A DNA stretch of 64,000 nt from Chthoniobacterales bacterium (GTDB lineage: Bacteria; Verrucomicrobiota; Verrucomicrobiia; Chthoniobacterales; JACTMZ01), in contig JBIJDZ010000001.1 of assembly GCA_044343805.1 (NCBI GenBank), forward strand, positions 7,722-71,721, written 5' to 3'. Shown one piece after another: positions 6,965 through 15,792 of the stretch. Each line of letters opens with the position of its first letter. The stretch's first letter is position 1. The position numbers and the translations under genes were made by a program. The notes under the pieces are model-generated. The model worked only from the letters and a program-made list of their open reading frames with translations, did not search any database and was not told the DNA's origin.

Positions 6965-8124
6965 GCTTTATGAGCAAAGGCGTCGGATCAGTCCAAACCC
7001 AGTTTCTCCACTTTGGTGGCGCGGATTTGCCCTTTGTCATGGCCGATGGCACGGAGTTGCCGTCGGTCACTTTGGCCTATGAAACTTATGGCGAGCTTAA
7101 TGCCGATCGCAGCAATGCTATCTTGTTGTTCCATGCGCTGAGTGGCAGCCAACATGCCGCCGGCACCAACAAAGCGGTGGCCGGGGTGGAGAACCGGTGG
7201 ACCGAGGAGTTGCATTTGGGCTGGTGGGATGCTTTCGTCGGCCCCGGACGCGCCCTCGACACGTCGAAGTATTTCATCATTTGCGCCAACTACCTGGGCG
7301 GCTGCTATGGATCGACCGGACCTTCCTCGATCAACTCCGAGACCGGCAAGCCCTACGGCAGCCGTTTTCCGCGTGTGGCGGTGCATGACATTGTCCGTTC
7401 GCAACTTCCTTTGCTTGAGCATCTCGGTATCTCCAAGCTGCATGCCGTGGTTGGCACCTCTTTGGGAGGCATGATGGCGCTGGATCTGGCGGTTCGTTTT
7501 CCGGAAAAAGTCAGCAATGTCATCACCATCGGGACCGGAATAAGATCACACGGACTGCAGCAGATGCACAACCTCGAGCAGATCATTGCAATTACGCGTG
7601 ACCCGGGATTTCAAGGCGGGGACTACTACGGAGCATCCGGACCGGTGCAGGGGCTCGCGCTGGCCCGCATGATCAGCCATAAAACTTTTCTTTACGCCGA
7701 CGTGATCGAGGAGCGGGCGAGGGTGGATATTGTCCAACCGGAGTTTGATCTTCCTTGGTACCGCCTTTCCAGCGCGTTGGAGAGCTACATGCTGTATCAG
7801 GGGCAGAAGTTCGTGAAACGTTTTGATGCCAATACATACCTGCGCATCATCGATGCTTGGCAGCAGTTCGACCTTCGCGAGGATGCGGCGAAGCTCGGCA
7901 TCAACCCGCTCTTCGCGCCCTGCCGCGACCAGCGCTTTCTCGTTTTCACCATCGACAGCGATTGCTGTTTCTACCCGGATTACCAGACGGAGATTTGCGC
8001 CGAGCTGAAAAAAGCCCATGTTCCGCACATGCGTTTGACCGTTCACTCGGAGAAGGGGCACGACAGTTTTTTGCTCGAACCTAAGTTGTACACCCCTCAC
8101 TTGGCTTACGCGCTAGGACACTGA
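6961..8124 (+). CDS. metX: Homoserine O-acetyltransferase
   Basis: Alpha/beta hydrolase with GGCYGSTGPSS and the nucleophile elbow VVGTSLGGMMAL. It overlaps the metY stop. An alternative ATG lies at 6970. Confidence 0.9.
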   Translation: MSFMSKGVGSVQTQFLHFGGADLPFVMADGTELPSVTLAYETYGELNADRSNAILLFHALSGSQHAAGTNKAVAGVENRWTEELHLGWWDAFVGPGRALDTSKYFIICANYLGGCYGSTGPSSINSETGKPYGSRFPRVAVHDIVRSQLPLLEHLGISKLHAVVGTSLGGMMALDLAVRFPEKVSNVITIGTGIRSHGLQQMHNLEQIIAITRDPGFQGGDYYGASGPVQGLALARMISHKTFLYADVIEERARVDIVQPEFDLPWYRLSSALESYMLYQGQKFVKRFDANTYLRIIDAWQQFDLREDAAKLGINPLFAPCRDQRFLVFTIDSDCCFYPDYQTEICAELKKAHVPHMRLTVHSEKGHDSFLLEPKLYTPHLAYALGH

Positions 8125-9465
8125 GTGATCGAATCGGCCGCGACGCATTTGCCCCACAAATCTCACGACAAGCAAAGCGGCCGCCACCGCTAATCCTGCC
8201 GCCAAGCCGATCCACATGCCGGAGGCGCCCTCGTGCAGAGAGAACATCAGCCACCCCCCCAACGGCAGGGCGACGAACCAATAAGCGGCCACGGTGATCA
8301 CCATGGGACTCAAGGTTTCCCGCAATCCTCGAAGCAGGCCCGAGCCGATGACTTGAATGCCATCCACAAGTTGAAAGATCCCGGCAATGACTAGGAGATG
8401 TGCGGCGAGCACAACGACGTCGTGTTCCCTCACAAAAAGCCGGGCGATAAACTCCCCGGAGGTGAGGAACAGCATGGCAAACAATCCCATGACCACCAGA
8501 CCAACCGCCCAGGATCCGACGGCAATCGGGGGCAAAAGATGAGTTCTCTTTCCGCCGACGGCTTGGGCGACACGAACGGTTGCGGCGACGGAAACACCTA
8601 GGGGAAACATGAAGGTGGTGGCAGCGCAGGTGATGGCGATTTGATGGGCTGCCAGCGGGACGGCTCCTAGTTTTCCGATCAAAAGCGCAGCAATGGTGAA
8701 AGCGCCGATCTCGCACAGCAGTTGTAGACCGGCGGGGAGTCCAAGTCTGAACAAAGTGATATGTTCGGAGCGCCAATCCCTTAGTGACAAACGCAATGAA
8801 ACCGGTCGATGTCTGCTCCGCCAGATCAGCCAGCCCAGCGCCAGCGCCGTGGCTGTGCGGCTGAGCAATGTTGCCCAACCGGCACCGGTCAAACCCATGG
8901 CAGGCACCGGTCCCAGGCCAAAGATCAAAATTCCGTTGAGTACGACATTAAGTAAAACCCCGCCCATCATAATCCAAAAAGCGGGCCATGGATGGGAGCG
9001 GGCTTCCAGATAGTTTCTGCCCGCCGTTGTGAGCCACGCCGGCAAAAGAGACCAACCTACAATCAGCAAGTAGTTCTGCGCCGTCCCGACCACCTTTGGA
9101 TCTTGTCCCAAATGATAAAAAAGCGGATAGACCAAATGGAAAAAAACGCCGGTGAATAATCCCCCGATAAGCGCCAACCCGATTCCGGCGCGGAGGGCGC
9201 GGGACATCGCCGGAACCGACCCCGCACCATGAGCATGCGAGACACGGATGGAAACCGAGGTCATCACTCCGAAGCCCGCTACCGACAGCACGTTGATGAC
9301 GTTGCCGGCAAAAGCGCAGGCCGCCAATGATTCCGTACTCACATGGCCAACCATGATGGTATCTGCCACCCCCATGAGCATCTGCCCCACATGACCGGCG
9401 GTGATCGGTGCCGCCAGACGCAAGGTCGACGGCAGCTCACGCAATGATGACCGTAGGAGCGACAT
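8113..9465 (-). CDS. MATE family efflux transporter
   Basis: About 12 hydrophobic helices in 450 aa. The N-terminus LRLAAPITAGHVGQMLMGVADTIMVGHV is typical of NorM/MATE. Confidence 0.85.
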   Translation of the reverse strand: MSLLRSSLRELPSTLRLAAPITAGHVGQMLMGVADTIMVGHVSTESLAACAFAGNVINVLSVAGFGVMTSVSIRVSHAHGAGSVPAMSRALRAGIGLALIGGLFTGVFFHLVYPLFYHLGQDPKVVGTAQNYLLIVGWSLLPAWLTTAGRNYLEARSHPWPAFWIMMGGVLLNVVLNGILIFGLGPVPAMGLTGAGWATLLSRTATALALGWLIWRSRHRPVSLRLSLRDWRSEHITLFRLGLPAGLQLLCEIGAFTIAALLIGKLGAVPLAAHQIAITCAATTFMFPLGVSVAATVRVAQAVGGKRTHLLPPIAVGSWAVGLVVMGLFAMLFLTSGEFIARLFVREHDVVVLAAHLLVIAGIFQLVDGIQVIGSGLLRGLRETLSPMVITVAAYWFVALPLGGWLMFSLHEGASGMWIGLAAGLAVAAALLVVRFVGQMRRGRFDHSVS

Positions 9466-9541
9466 GAGCGGCCATTCTTACCCAGGGAATTTTCCCCGTC
9501 GAGGTCTTGCCCCTGACTGCGTTGATTTGCATGATGAATAG

Positions 9542-10609
9542 ATGAACAAAGCGCAGCTGCAGTTTCTGGAAAACCTTGTCAATACGCCTTCTCCCTCCGG
9601 ATTCGAAGCGGATGCCCAGCGCGTTTGGGCAAAATACGTTAAGCCGCATTGCGACGAGTTCAGCAGTGACGCCTACGGCAATGCCTTCGCGCGCCTTGGC
9701 CACCCTGAACATAGGCCGCATATCGTCCTTGCCGGGCATATCGACGAACTCGGTTTCATGGTTTCGCATATCAACCAGGACGGCTTCCTTTTCGTTCAGG
9801 GCATAGGAGGCATAGACCGGGCGCTCTTTCGCGGTCAGCGCGTGCGAGTGCATGGCAAGAAGGGGTCAACTCCCGGTGTCACCGGCTCCCTGGCGATCCA
9901 TCTGCAGGAGGCGGATGATCGGAAAAAAGTCCCCGAGCTTCACGAGATGTATATCGATATCGGCGCCACGACCAAAGCCGAGGCGGAAAAGCTGGTTCGG
10001 GTGGGGGACGCTATCACGTATGCCGATGGCTTTGATTTGCTCGAGAACAATCGCGCTGCGGCGCGGGGATGCGACAACCGCATCGGCGTCTGGTCGGCCG
10101 GCGAAGCCCTTCGGCAACTTTCAGCCAAGCCGCCTGCCGCATGCGTGACGGCGGTCTCGACCGTGCAGGAAGAAAATGGTCTCTACGGGGCCACGATGGC
10201 TGCTTACGCGCTCAAGCCAGATGTCGCTTTGATCGTCGATGTGACCCACGGCACCGACATCCCCAACTGCTCGAAACCGAAGCATGGTGATGTGCGTCTA
10301 GGCCAAGGACCGGTGATCTCTTTCGGCAGCTCGAATCACCCGGTGGTGGTGCAGCGATTGCTCGATGTCGCCGCGAAGGAGAAGATTCCCGTCCAGGCAG
10401 AAGCGAACCCGCGCAGAACGGGCACTGATGCGGACGCCTTTTTCTTGCAGCGCGGCGGCATTCCCACGGCCTCGCTGGGTTTGCCCAACCGCTACATGCA
10501 CTCGCCCGTTGAAGTGATCGACCTCGACGATTTGGAAAATATGGCAAAACTTCTGGCTGCCTTCTGCCGCTCCGTCAAACGCGGGGAATCATTCCACGTA
10601 AAACTCTAA
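9542..10609 (+). CDS. M42 family metallopeptidase (FrvX/CelM-like aminopeptidase)
   Basis: LENLVNTPSPSGFE…LAGHIDELGF…CDNRIGV…QEENGLYGA…MHSPVEVIDLDD, the standard M42 motif order. Confidence 0.85.
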   Translation: MNKAQLQFLENLVNTPSPSGFEADAQRVWAKYVKPHCDEFSSDAYGNAFARLGHPEHRPHIVLAGHIDELGFMVSHINQDGFLFVQGIGGIDRALFRGQRVRVHGKKGSTPGVTGSLAIHLQEADDRKKVPELHEMYIDIGATTKAEAEKLVRVGDAITYADGFDLLENNRAAARGCDNRIGVWSAGEALRQLSAKPPAACVTAVSTVQEENGLYGATMAAYALKPDVALIVDVTHGTDIPNCSKPKHGDVRLGQGPVISFGSSNHPVVVQRLLDVAAKEKIPVQAEANPRRTGTDADAFFLQRGGIPTASLGLPNRYMHSPVEVIDLDDLENMAKLLAAFCRSVKRGESFHVKL

Positions 10610-10620
10610 CCCTTCACACC

Positions 10621-11595
10621 ATGAGCAACGCTGTTTCCAAATTCATCCGTCACCATTACCGCCATTTCAACGCCGCTGCACTGGTGGATGCGGCCGACGC
10701 CTACACCAAGCATCTCGACAAAGGCGGCAAAATGCTGGTTTCCCTCGCTGGTGCCATGAGCACTGCGGAACTTGGTCTCTCGCTCGCCGAAATGATTCGC
10801 CGTGACAAAGTGCACATTATTTCCTGCACCGGCGCCAACCTTGAGGAAGACATTTTCAATCTTGTCGCCCACGACTACTACGAACGCGTTCCGAATTACC
10901 GTGACCTCACGCCGGCCGACGAGCAGGCGTTGCTGGACAGGCACATGAACCGCGTCACCGACACATGTATTCCCGAGATGGAAGCCATGCGCCGGCTGGA
11001 AGGCGCGGTGCTCGATCAATGGATGGCCGCCGATGCCGCCGGGGAGCGCTACTTTCCCCACGAGTTTTTCTTCCGCGTGCTCAAATCCGGTGCGTTGGAG
11101 AAATATTACCAGATTGATCCGAAGGACTCGTGGATGATTGCCGCGATGGAAAAGAACATCCCGATCATCGTTCCTGGTTGGGAGGACTCAACGCTGGGAA
11201 ACATGTATGCCGGCCATTGCATCTCTGGTGATGTTAAGAACGTCCACACCGTACGCACCGGCATCGAATATATGCAGTTTCTAGCCAAATGGTATCAAGA
11301 CACGGCGCCGAAATCGTCCGTGGGCTTTTACCAGATCGGCGGCGGGATTGCCGGGGATTTCCCGATATGTGTGGTGCCTATGCTGCACCAAGACCTCCAA
11401 CTTCCCGAAATACCCGTGTGGGGCTACTTTTGCCAAATCAGCGACTCAACGACGAGTTTCGGATCATACTCCGGAGCCGTCCCCAATGAAAAAATCACTT
11501 GGGGCAAGCTTTCGGCAAACACGCCGAAGTTTATCGTCGAGTCCGATGCAACCATCGTTGCTCCGCTCATGTTCGCCCTTATTCTTGATTGGTAA
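10621..11595 (+). CDS. Deoxyhypusine synthase family protein
   Basis: LAGAMSTAELG…IISCTGANLEEDI…GGGIAGDFP, the DHS-like NAD-binding fold pattern. Confidence 0.8.
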   Translation: MSNAVSKFIRHHYRHFNAAALVDAADAYTKHLDKGGKMLVSLAGAMSTAELGLSLAEMIRRDKVHIISCTGANLEEDIFNLVAHDYYERVPNYRDLTPADEQALLDRHMNRVTDTCIPEMEAMRRLEGAVLDQWMAADAAGERYFPHEFFFRVLKSGALEKYYQIDPKDSWMIAAMEKNIPIIVPGWEDSTLGNMYAGHCISGDVKNVHTVRTGIEYMQFLAKWYQDTAPKSSVGFYQIGGGIAGDFPICVVPMLHQDLQLPEIPVWGYFCQISDSTTSFGSYSGAVPNEKITWGKLSANTPKFIVESDATIVAPLMFALILDW

Positions 11596-11596
11596 A

Positions 11597-11992
11597 ATGA
11601 TCCGCGATTTAGAAAACGGAGAGGGGAGCAAAGGATCCCGCAATGTGCTGGGTGGTCATCTGCAACCATGCAGCTATACCCCGACCACAGGATTTTTTCG
11701 CGACGGTCACTGCCACACCTGTTCACAGGACCACGGGTCACACACGGTATGCGCCATTATGACGTCGGAGTTTCTCGCCTTTTCCAAGGCGCAAGGCAAC
11801 GATCTGACAACACCCATGCCGGAATTCGACTTTCCCGGCCTCAAAGCCGGAGACCATTGGTGCCTCTGCGCAGCGCGATGGCTCGAGGCCTTCGAAGCCG
11901 GCAAAGCGCCGAAGGTTGCTCTCGAATCAACGAACGAAGCCGCGCTGCAAATCGTGCCACTCGAGATGCTCAAGCAGCACGCCGTCGGTTAA
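11597..11992 (+). CDS. DUF2237 family protein
   Basis: NVLGGHLQPCSYTPTTGFFRDGHCHT…HTVCAIMTSEFLAFSKAQGNDL…GDHWCLCAARW. The start at 11597 lies 1 nt after the previous stop. The ORF track's 11348 start would overlap the DHS-like gene. Confidence 0.75.
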   Translation: MIRDLENGEGSKGSRNVLGGHLQPCSYTPTTGFFRDGHCHTCSQDHGSHTVCAIMTSEFLAFSKAQGNDLTTPMPEFDFPGLKAGDHWCLCAARWLEAFEAGKAPKVALESTNEAALQIVPLEMLKQHAVG

Positions 11993-11995
11993 GAT

Positions 11996-13219
11996 TTATT
12001 TGATTTTCTTAACACGCACGCCCTTGAAGCGCCCGATCACTGGCAGTTTGCCCAAGAGCGGCTTGGCGTAGGCAATGAAAGCCGGGGTGACATCGTTCGC
12101 GGCTTTATTGATGAACTTGTCGGGCATATGTCGCGTTTCCCTCGAGACTTTGCGCAACTCCACAAGTCCATAGACCGGCGCGTATTTGTTGCCGGGTTTT
12201 CGGTTGATCGTGACTGAGCCGCTCTGTTTCTGGCCGCTTACAGCATAACGCACCGCCTGCTTGCCGACCTCGCGGGCCTCGACAGAATCGACGGACGATG
12301 CGATGTCGGGGAAAGAGCGCTGCAAATAACCGAAGGTGTCGGCACGGACTCGAGATATTTTTGTTTTGCTCTTGATAATGCCGGCCAAAAGGTCACCGAG
12401 CGCGCCGGAACCGCTCAGCTGCACGTTGCCGTGGGAATCAACCTCTTTGCTCAATTTCGCAGCAATGGCCGTGCCGTTTTTATCGCAAATACCTTCGGAA
12501 ACCGCGACGACACAGCGACCGAGTTTGTTGTATACCGCTTCCACATCCTTTGCGAATTTGCCTTCATCGAATGGACGCTCGGGCAAATAGATCAGGTGAG
12601 GGCCGTCATCTGGATAAACGCGAGCGAGAGCCGATGCCGCCGTGAGAAATCCCGCGTGGCGCCCCATGATGATGTTGATTTTCACACCGGGCAAAGCGCG
12701 GTTGTCGAGGTTGTCACCCATCAAGGCTTGGACAACGAAGCGCGCACCGCTGGCGAAACCGGGCGTGTGGTCGTTTTCACGCAGATCGTTGTCGATCGTT
12801 TTGGGAATGTGGAAGCATTGCAACCGATAGTTGTTGGCGCGGGCCTCTTCGTTGATGATGTGCGTGGTCTCAGCGGTATCGTTGCCCCCGATGTAGAAAA
12901 AATATGCGACTCCGTATTTTTGGAGAACTTTAAAGATAGCCAAACAGTCGTCTTTGGAGGGCTTTTTACGCACCGAACCCAAGGCGGAAGATGGAGTCTG
13001 GGCAATGGCCTCGAGAGTAGTGGCATTTTCTTTGCGGAGATCGATGAAGTTTTCACCGAGTATCCCGGCGATACCGTGAAGGGATCCGTAAACACCTTTG
13101 ATCTGCCTGTGCTTCTTTGCCTCGAGGATTGCGCCGATAAGGCTCTGGTTGATGACCATGGTTGGGCCGCCGCTTTGTGCGATGACCATATTTCCTGCAG
13201 GAGATTTGTTGTTAGCCAT
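11996..13219 (-). CDS. pfp: 6-phosphofructokinase, probably pyrophosphate-dependent (PFP)
   Basis: IGGNDTAET, PKTIDNDL and MGRHAGFL. The Lys in PKTIDND, where ATP-dependent enzymes have Gly, is the classical PPi-type marker. Confidence 0.85.
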   Translation of the reverse strand: MANNKSPAGNMVIAQSGGPTMVINQSLIGAILEAKKHRQIKGVYGSLHGIAGILGENFIDLRKENATTLEAIAQTPSSALGSVRKKPSKDDCLAIFKVLQKYGVAYFFYIGGNDTAETTHIINEEARANNYRLQCFHIPKTIDNDLRENDHTPGFASGARFVVQALMGDNLDNRALPGVKINIIMGRHAGFLTAASALARVYPDDGPHLIYLPERPFDEGKFAKDVEAVYNKLGRCVVAVSEGICDKNGTAIAAKLSKEVDSHGNVQLSGSGALGDLLAGIIKSKTKISRVRADTFGYLQRSFPDIASSVDSVEAREVGKQAVRYAVSGQKQSGSVTINRKPGNKYAPVYGLVELRKVSRETRHMPDKFINKAANDVTPAFIAYAKPLLGKLPVIGRFKGVRVKKIK

Positions 13220-13272
13220 TGAGTAAAAAAAGTTTTATAGCCACTCCTACGTTCAATCGTCGAGAAATCCGT

Positions 13273-13923
13273 TCAAGGAGCCAGGCGTTCAATGCTCCAA
13301 GTTGCCTCGTTTCTTGAGTAACGGAATCGATCATGCAAACGGCTTTCACGCCCCTGCCAGAACTCAATCTCTGAAGGCACCACTCTGAAGCCGCCCCAAA
13401 AAGAGGGCAGGGGAACCTCACCTTGGGCAAACTTTCGTTTCATTTCTTCCCATTTCATTTCCAAAAGACGCCGGGAGTTAATGACGGAGCTTTGCTGGGA
13501 GACCCAGGCCCCGACACGGCTTCCATGGGGGCGGGATGCAAAATAAGCGAGAGACTCCGCGGTCGAGATGCGTTCGGCGAAACCAAGAACGCAGACCTGT
13601 CGCTCGAGTGGATACCATGGGAACACCAAGCTGACATTGGGGTTTATCGAAATATCCTGCGATTTCCGGCTTTCGTAATTGGTGAAGAACACAAACCCCC
13701 GCTCATCGAAAGCTTTCAGAAGAACCGTCCGGGAACTCGGGCGTTTGCTGTCTGTCGTTGCCAGCACCATGGCATTGGGTTCCATCAGTCCGGCTTCGCG
13801 TACCTCGTTGAACCACTGCCGAAACTGAACCACGGGATCAGGATCAAGATTTGTCCGCCGGAGTCCGGCTTGGGTGTATTCACGCCGTAAAGCGGCAATG
13901 TCGGGATGGCCGTCTGTGTGCAT
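13273..13923 (-). CDS. pdxH: Pyridoxamine 5'-phosphate oxidase
   Basis: [23 protein letters not shown]…[15 protein letters not shown]…W.IERLAP. The start at 13923 ([16 protein letters not shown]) gives a typical length of about 216 aa. Confidence 0.9.
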   Translation of the reverse strand: MHTDGHPDIAALRREYTQAGLRRTNLDPDPVVQFRQWFNEVREAGLMEPNAMVLATTDSKRPSSRTVLLKAFDERGFVFFTNYESRKSQDISINPNVSLVFPWYPLERQVCVLGFAERISTAESLAYFASRPHGSRVGAWVSQQSSVINSRRLLEMKWEEMKRKFAQGEVPLPSFWGGFRVVPSEIEFWQGRESRLHDRFRYSRNEATWSIERLAP

Positions 13924-14041
13924 CAAGTGTGCAAGTCTAGGCCCGCAAACAGTAACTACGAAATAATTTCTGCAACCGGGGAAAGTTGTTGGTTGACGCT
14001 GCGCGGTTAAAAGTCTCGGATGAAAAGAAGGCGTGGGGCTT

Positions 14042-14677
14042 ATGCCTAAAAAAAACTCGGAAACAACACGTGAGAGAATTCTTGAGGCGGCCGAGTGCAT
14101 CTATGCTGCCCGCGGATTTCACGGAATGTCTCTTCGGGATGTGACGCTCATGGCGAATGTCAATTTGGCCGCAGTGAATTATCATTTCGGATCCAAAGAC
14201 AAACTTGTCCTTGCGCTGGCAGAACGACGCTTGACACCGATCAACTCCCACCGCATCCATCGCCTCGCTGAGCTTCGTAAAAAACACGGGTGCCGGCCCA
14301 TACCGACTTCCGACTTGGTAAATGCATTAGTCGAACCTGTTTTTCTGGCGCTTCGACAAAACAAAAAAAGCCGCACCATCCTGGTCCGCCTCGTGGCGCA
14401 AATGCTCATTGACGATCATAAGCGCTTCTCGCAAATCCATCAGATTTTTTATAAAGACGTGATCGAATGTTATCATAATGAACTCATGCGATCGCTACCC
14501 AAACTTTCCATGCAGCAGATTCAAGCCAGATTCTTTTGTGCTTTTTCCTCGGTTTTGGGCTTGCGGTTAATGGCCAATTGCATGGACTGGTTTTTGCAAT
14601 CGCCGGACTCAAGCCGGCAGTTCGATATGCTCGAAAAAGAGATCACGTCGTATCTTATTGGCGGGTTGTCGTCTTAG
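14042..14677 (+). CDS. TetR/AcrR family transcriptional regulator
   Basis: N-terminal HTH: [47 protein letters not shown]. Divergent from pdxH. Confidence 0.85.
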   Translation: MPKKNSETTRERILEAAECIYAARGFHGMSLRDVTLMANVNLAAVNYHFGSKDKLVLALAERRLTPINSHRIHRLAELRKKHGCRPIPTSDLVNALVEPVFLALRQNKKSRTILVRLVAQMLIDDHKRFSQIHQIFYKDVIECYHNELMRSLPKLSMQQIQARFFCAFSSVLGLRLMANCMDWFLQSPDSSRQFDMLEKEITSYLIGGLSS

Positions 14678-14734
14678 CGTGTGTGAGTCGCGGCGCTTGG
14701 TTTGCAACGAAAAGACGTTTAGCTTTTATGCCTC

Positions 14735-15625
14735 ATGGATGAACGCAATGTGCTAATACTCGGCGGCGGAGGCCGGTTGGGGGCTGCTTTAACCCGAGCC
14801 TATAAAGACTCATTTAATGTTACTTCGCTTGGTCGGACGGAAGCCGATTTGCAGAGGCCCGAGAAAGTGGCGGATGTTATCAGACGCTCCGAGGCGCATT
14901 TGGTTATCAATTGCGCGGCCATGACAAACGTCGACCTCTGCGAAACGGAACGCGACCTTGCGCTGCTGGTCAATGCAACAGCAACAAAGGCAATCGCTCA
15001 AGCCGCCTCGGCAAACGGCGCTCGGTTAATCCATGTCAGCACGGACTATGTTTTTTCGGGTAAAGCTGACCGCCCTTACGAGGAAGACGACAAACCCAAT
15101 CCTGTTTCATGGTATGGGGAAACGAAAATGCGGGGCGAATTTTTGGTCTTGGAGGACTCACCTGGCCATGCCGTTGTTAGGGTTGCTTGGGTTTTCGGTC
15201 CTGACCGAGACAGTTTCTTGGATAAGGCGCTTCAAACTGCAGCAAGAGGGGAGCCGTTAAGAGCGGTAGCAGACAAATATTCGTCTCCTTCGTACACCAA
15301 AGATGTGGCACAGGCATTGATGGTCTTTTTTAAGGATGATGTGCCAGGCGGGGTTTATCATGTCTGTAATAGCGGCATTTGCTCTTGGTGGGAATGGGCG
15401 CAGTTCGGAATCGACGCAGCCATCCGACAAGGAGCAAGCATCAAACCCCAGAGCGTCGAACCTCTTAGGCTTACCAGCATCAAGGCCATGGTAGCGCAAC
15501 GGCCAATTTATACCGCTATGAGATGCCGAAAAATCGAGAAATACCTCGGTCATGCTCTGAGGTCATGGTCCGATGCCGTGGACGACTATGTCGCACTACT
15601 CATATCTCAGGGAAGAATCCATTAG
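14735..15625 (+). CDS. rfbD: dTDP-4-dehydrorhamnose reductase
   Basis: Rossmann motif LILGGGGRLG, then INCAAMTNVDLCE, STDYVFSG and YGETK. Confidence 0.85.
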   Translation: MDERNVLILGGGGRLGAALTRAYKDSFNVTSLGRTEADLQRPEKVADVIRRSEAHLVINCAAMTNVDLCETERDLALLVNATATKAIAQAASANGARLIHVSTDYVFSGKADRPYEEDDKPNPVSWYGETKMRGEFLVLEDSPGHAVVRVAWVFGPDRDSFLDKALQTAARGEPLRAVADKYSSPSYTKDVAQALMVFFKDDVPGGVYHVCNSGICSWWEWAQFGIDAAIRQGASIKPQSVEPLRLTSIKAMVAQRPIYTAMRCRKIEKYLGHALRSWSDAVDDYVALLISQGRIH

Positions 15626-15792
15626 TCTCTTACCGATTTAGAGTGAGTTGCTTTTTTGACAGCAAGTATACATGACATGTATTGTATGCACTTATTGCTT
15701 ATTACCTGATAACGCGACAGATATGCGTGGTGTGAATAACATGCGCATAAAATGGCGGGCGAAAAACACTAATGAAAAATCGTCCTAGTTAT

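Noticed and set aside
8081-8878. A 265-aa ORF on the - strand in another frame of the MATE gene.
   Set aside because: The alternative frame of the same strand (8113-9465) gives a coherent 12-TM MATE transporter. This frame gives an Arg/Ser/Pro-rich product that does not look like a real protein.
11348-11596. An N-terminal extension of the DUF2237 ORF, from the track start at 11348.
   Set aside because: The extension overlaps the last 250 nt of the deoxyhypusine-synthase-like gene in another frame. The conserved DUF2237 sequence begins at the ATG at 11597.
12431-13222. A 263-aa ORF on the + strand.
   Set aside because: It is antisense to the phosphofructokinase gene, so it is a shadow ORF.
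13924-14100. An N-terminal extension of pdxH, from the track start at 14100.
   Set aside because: The extra 59 residues have no PdxH counterpart and would run into the divergent TetR promoter region. Met at 13923 gives the canonical length.
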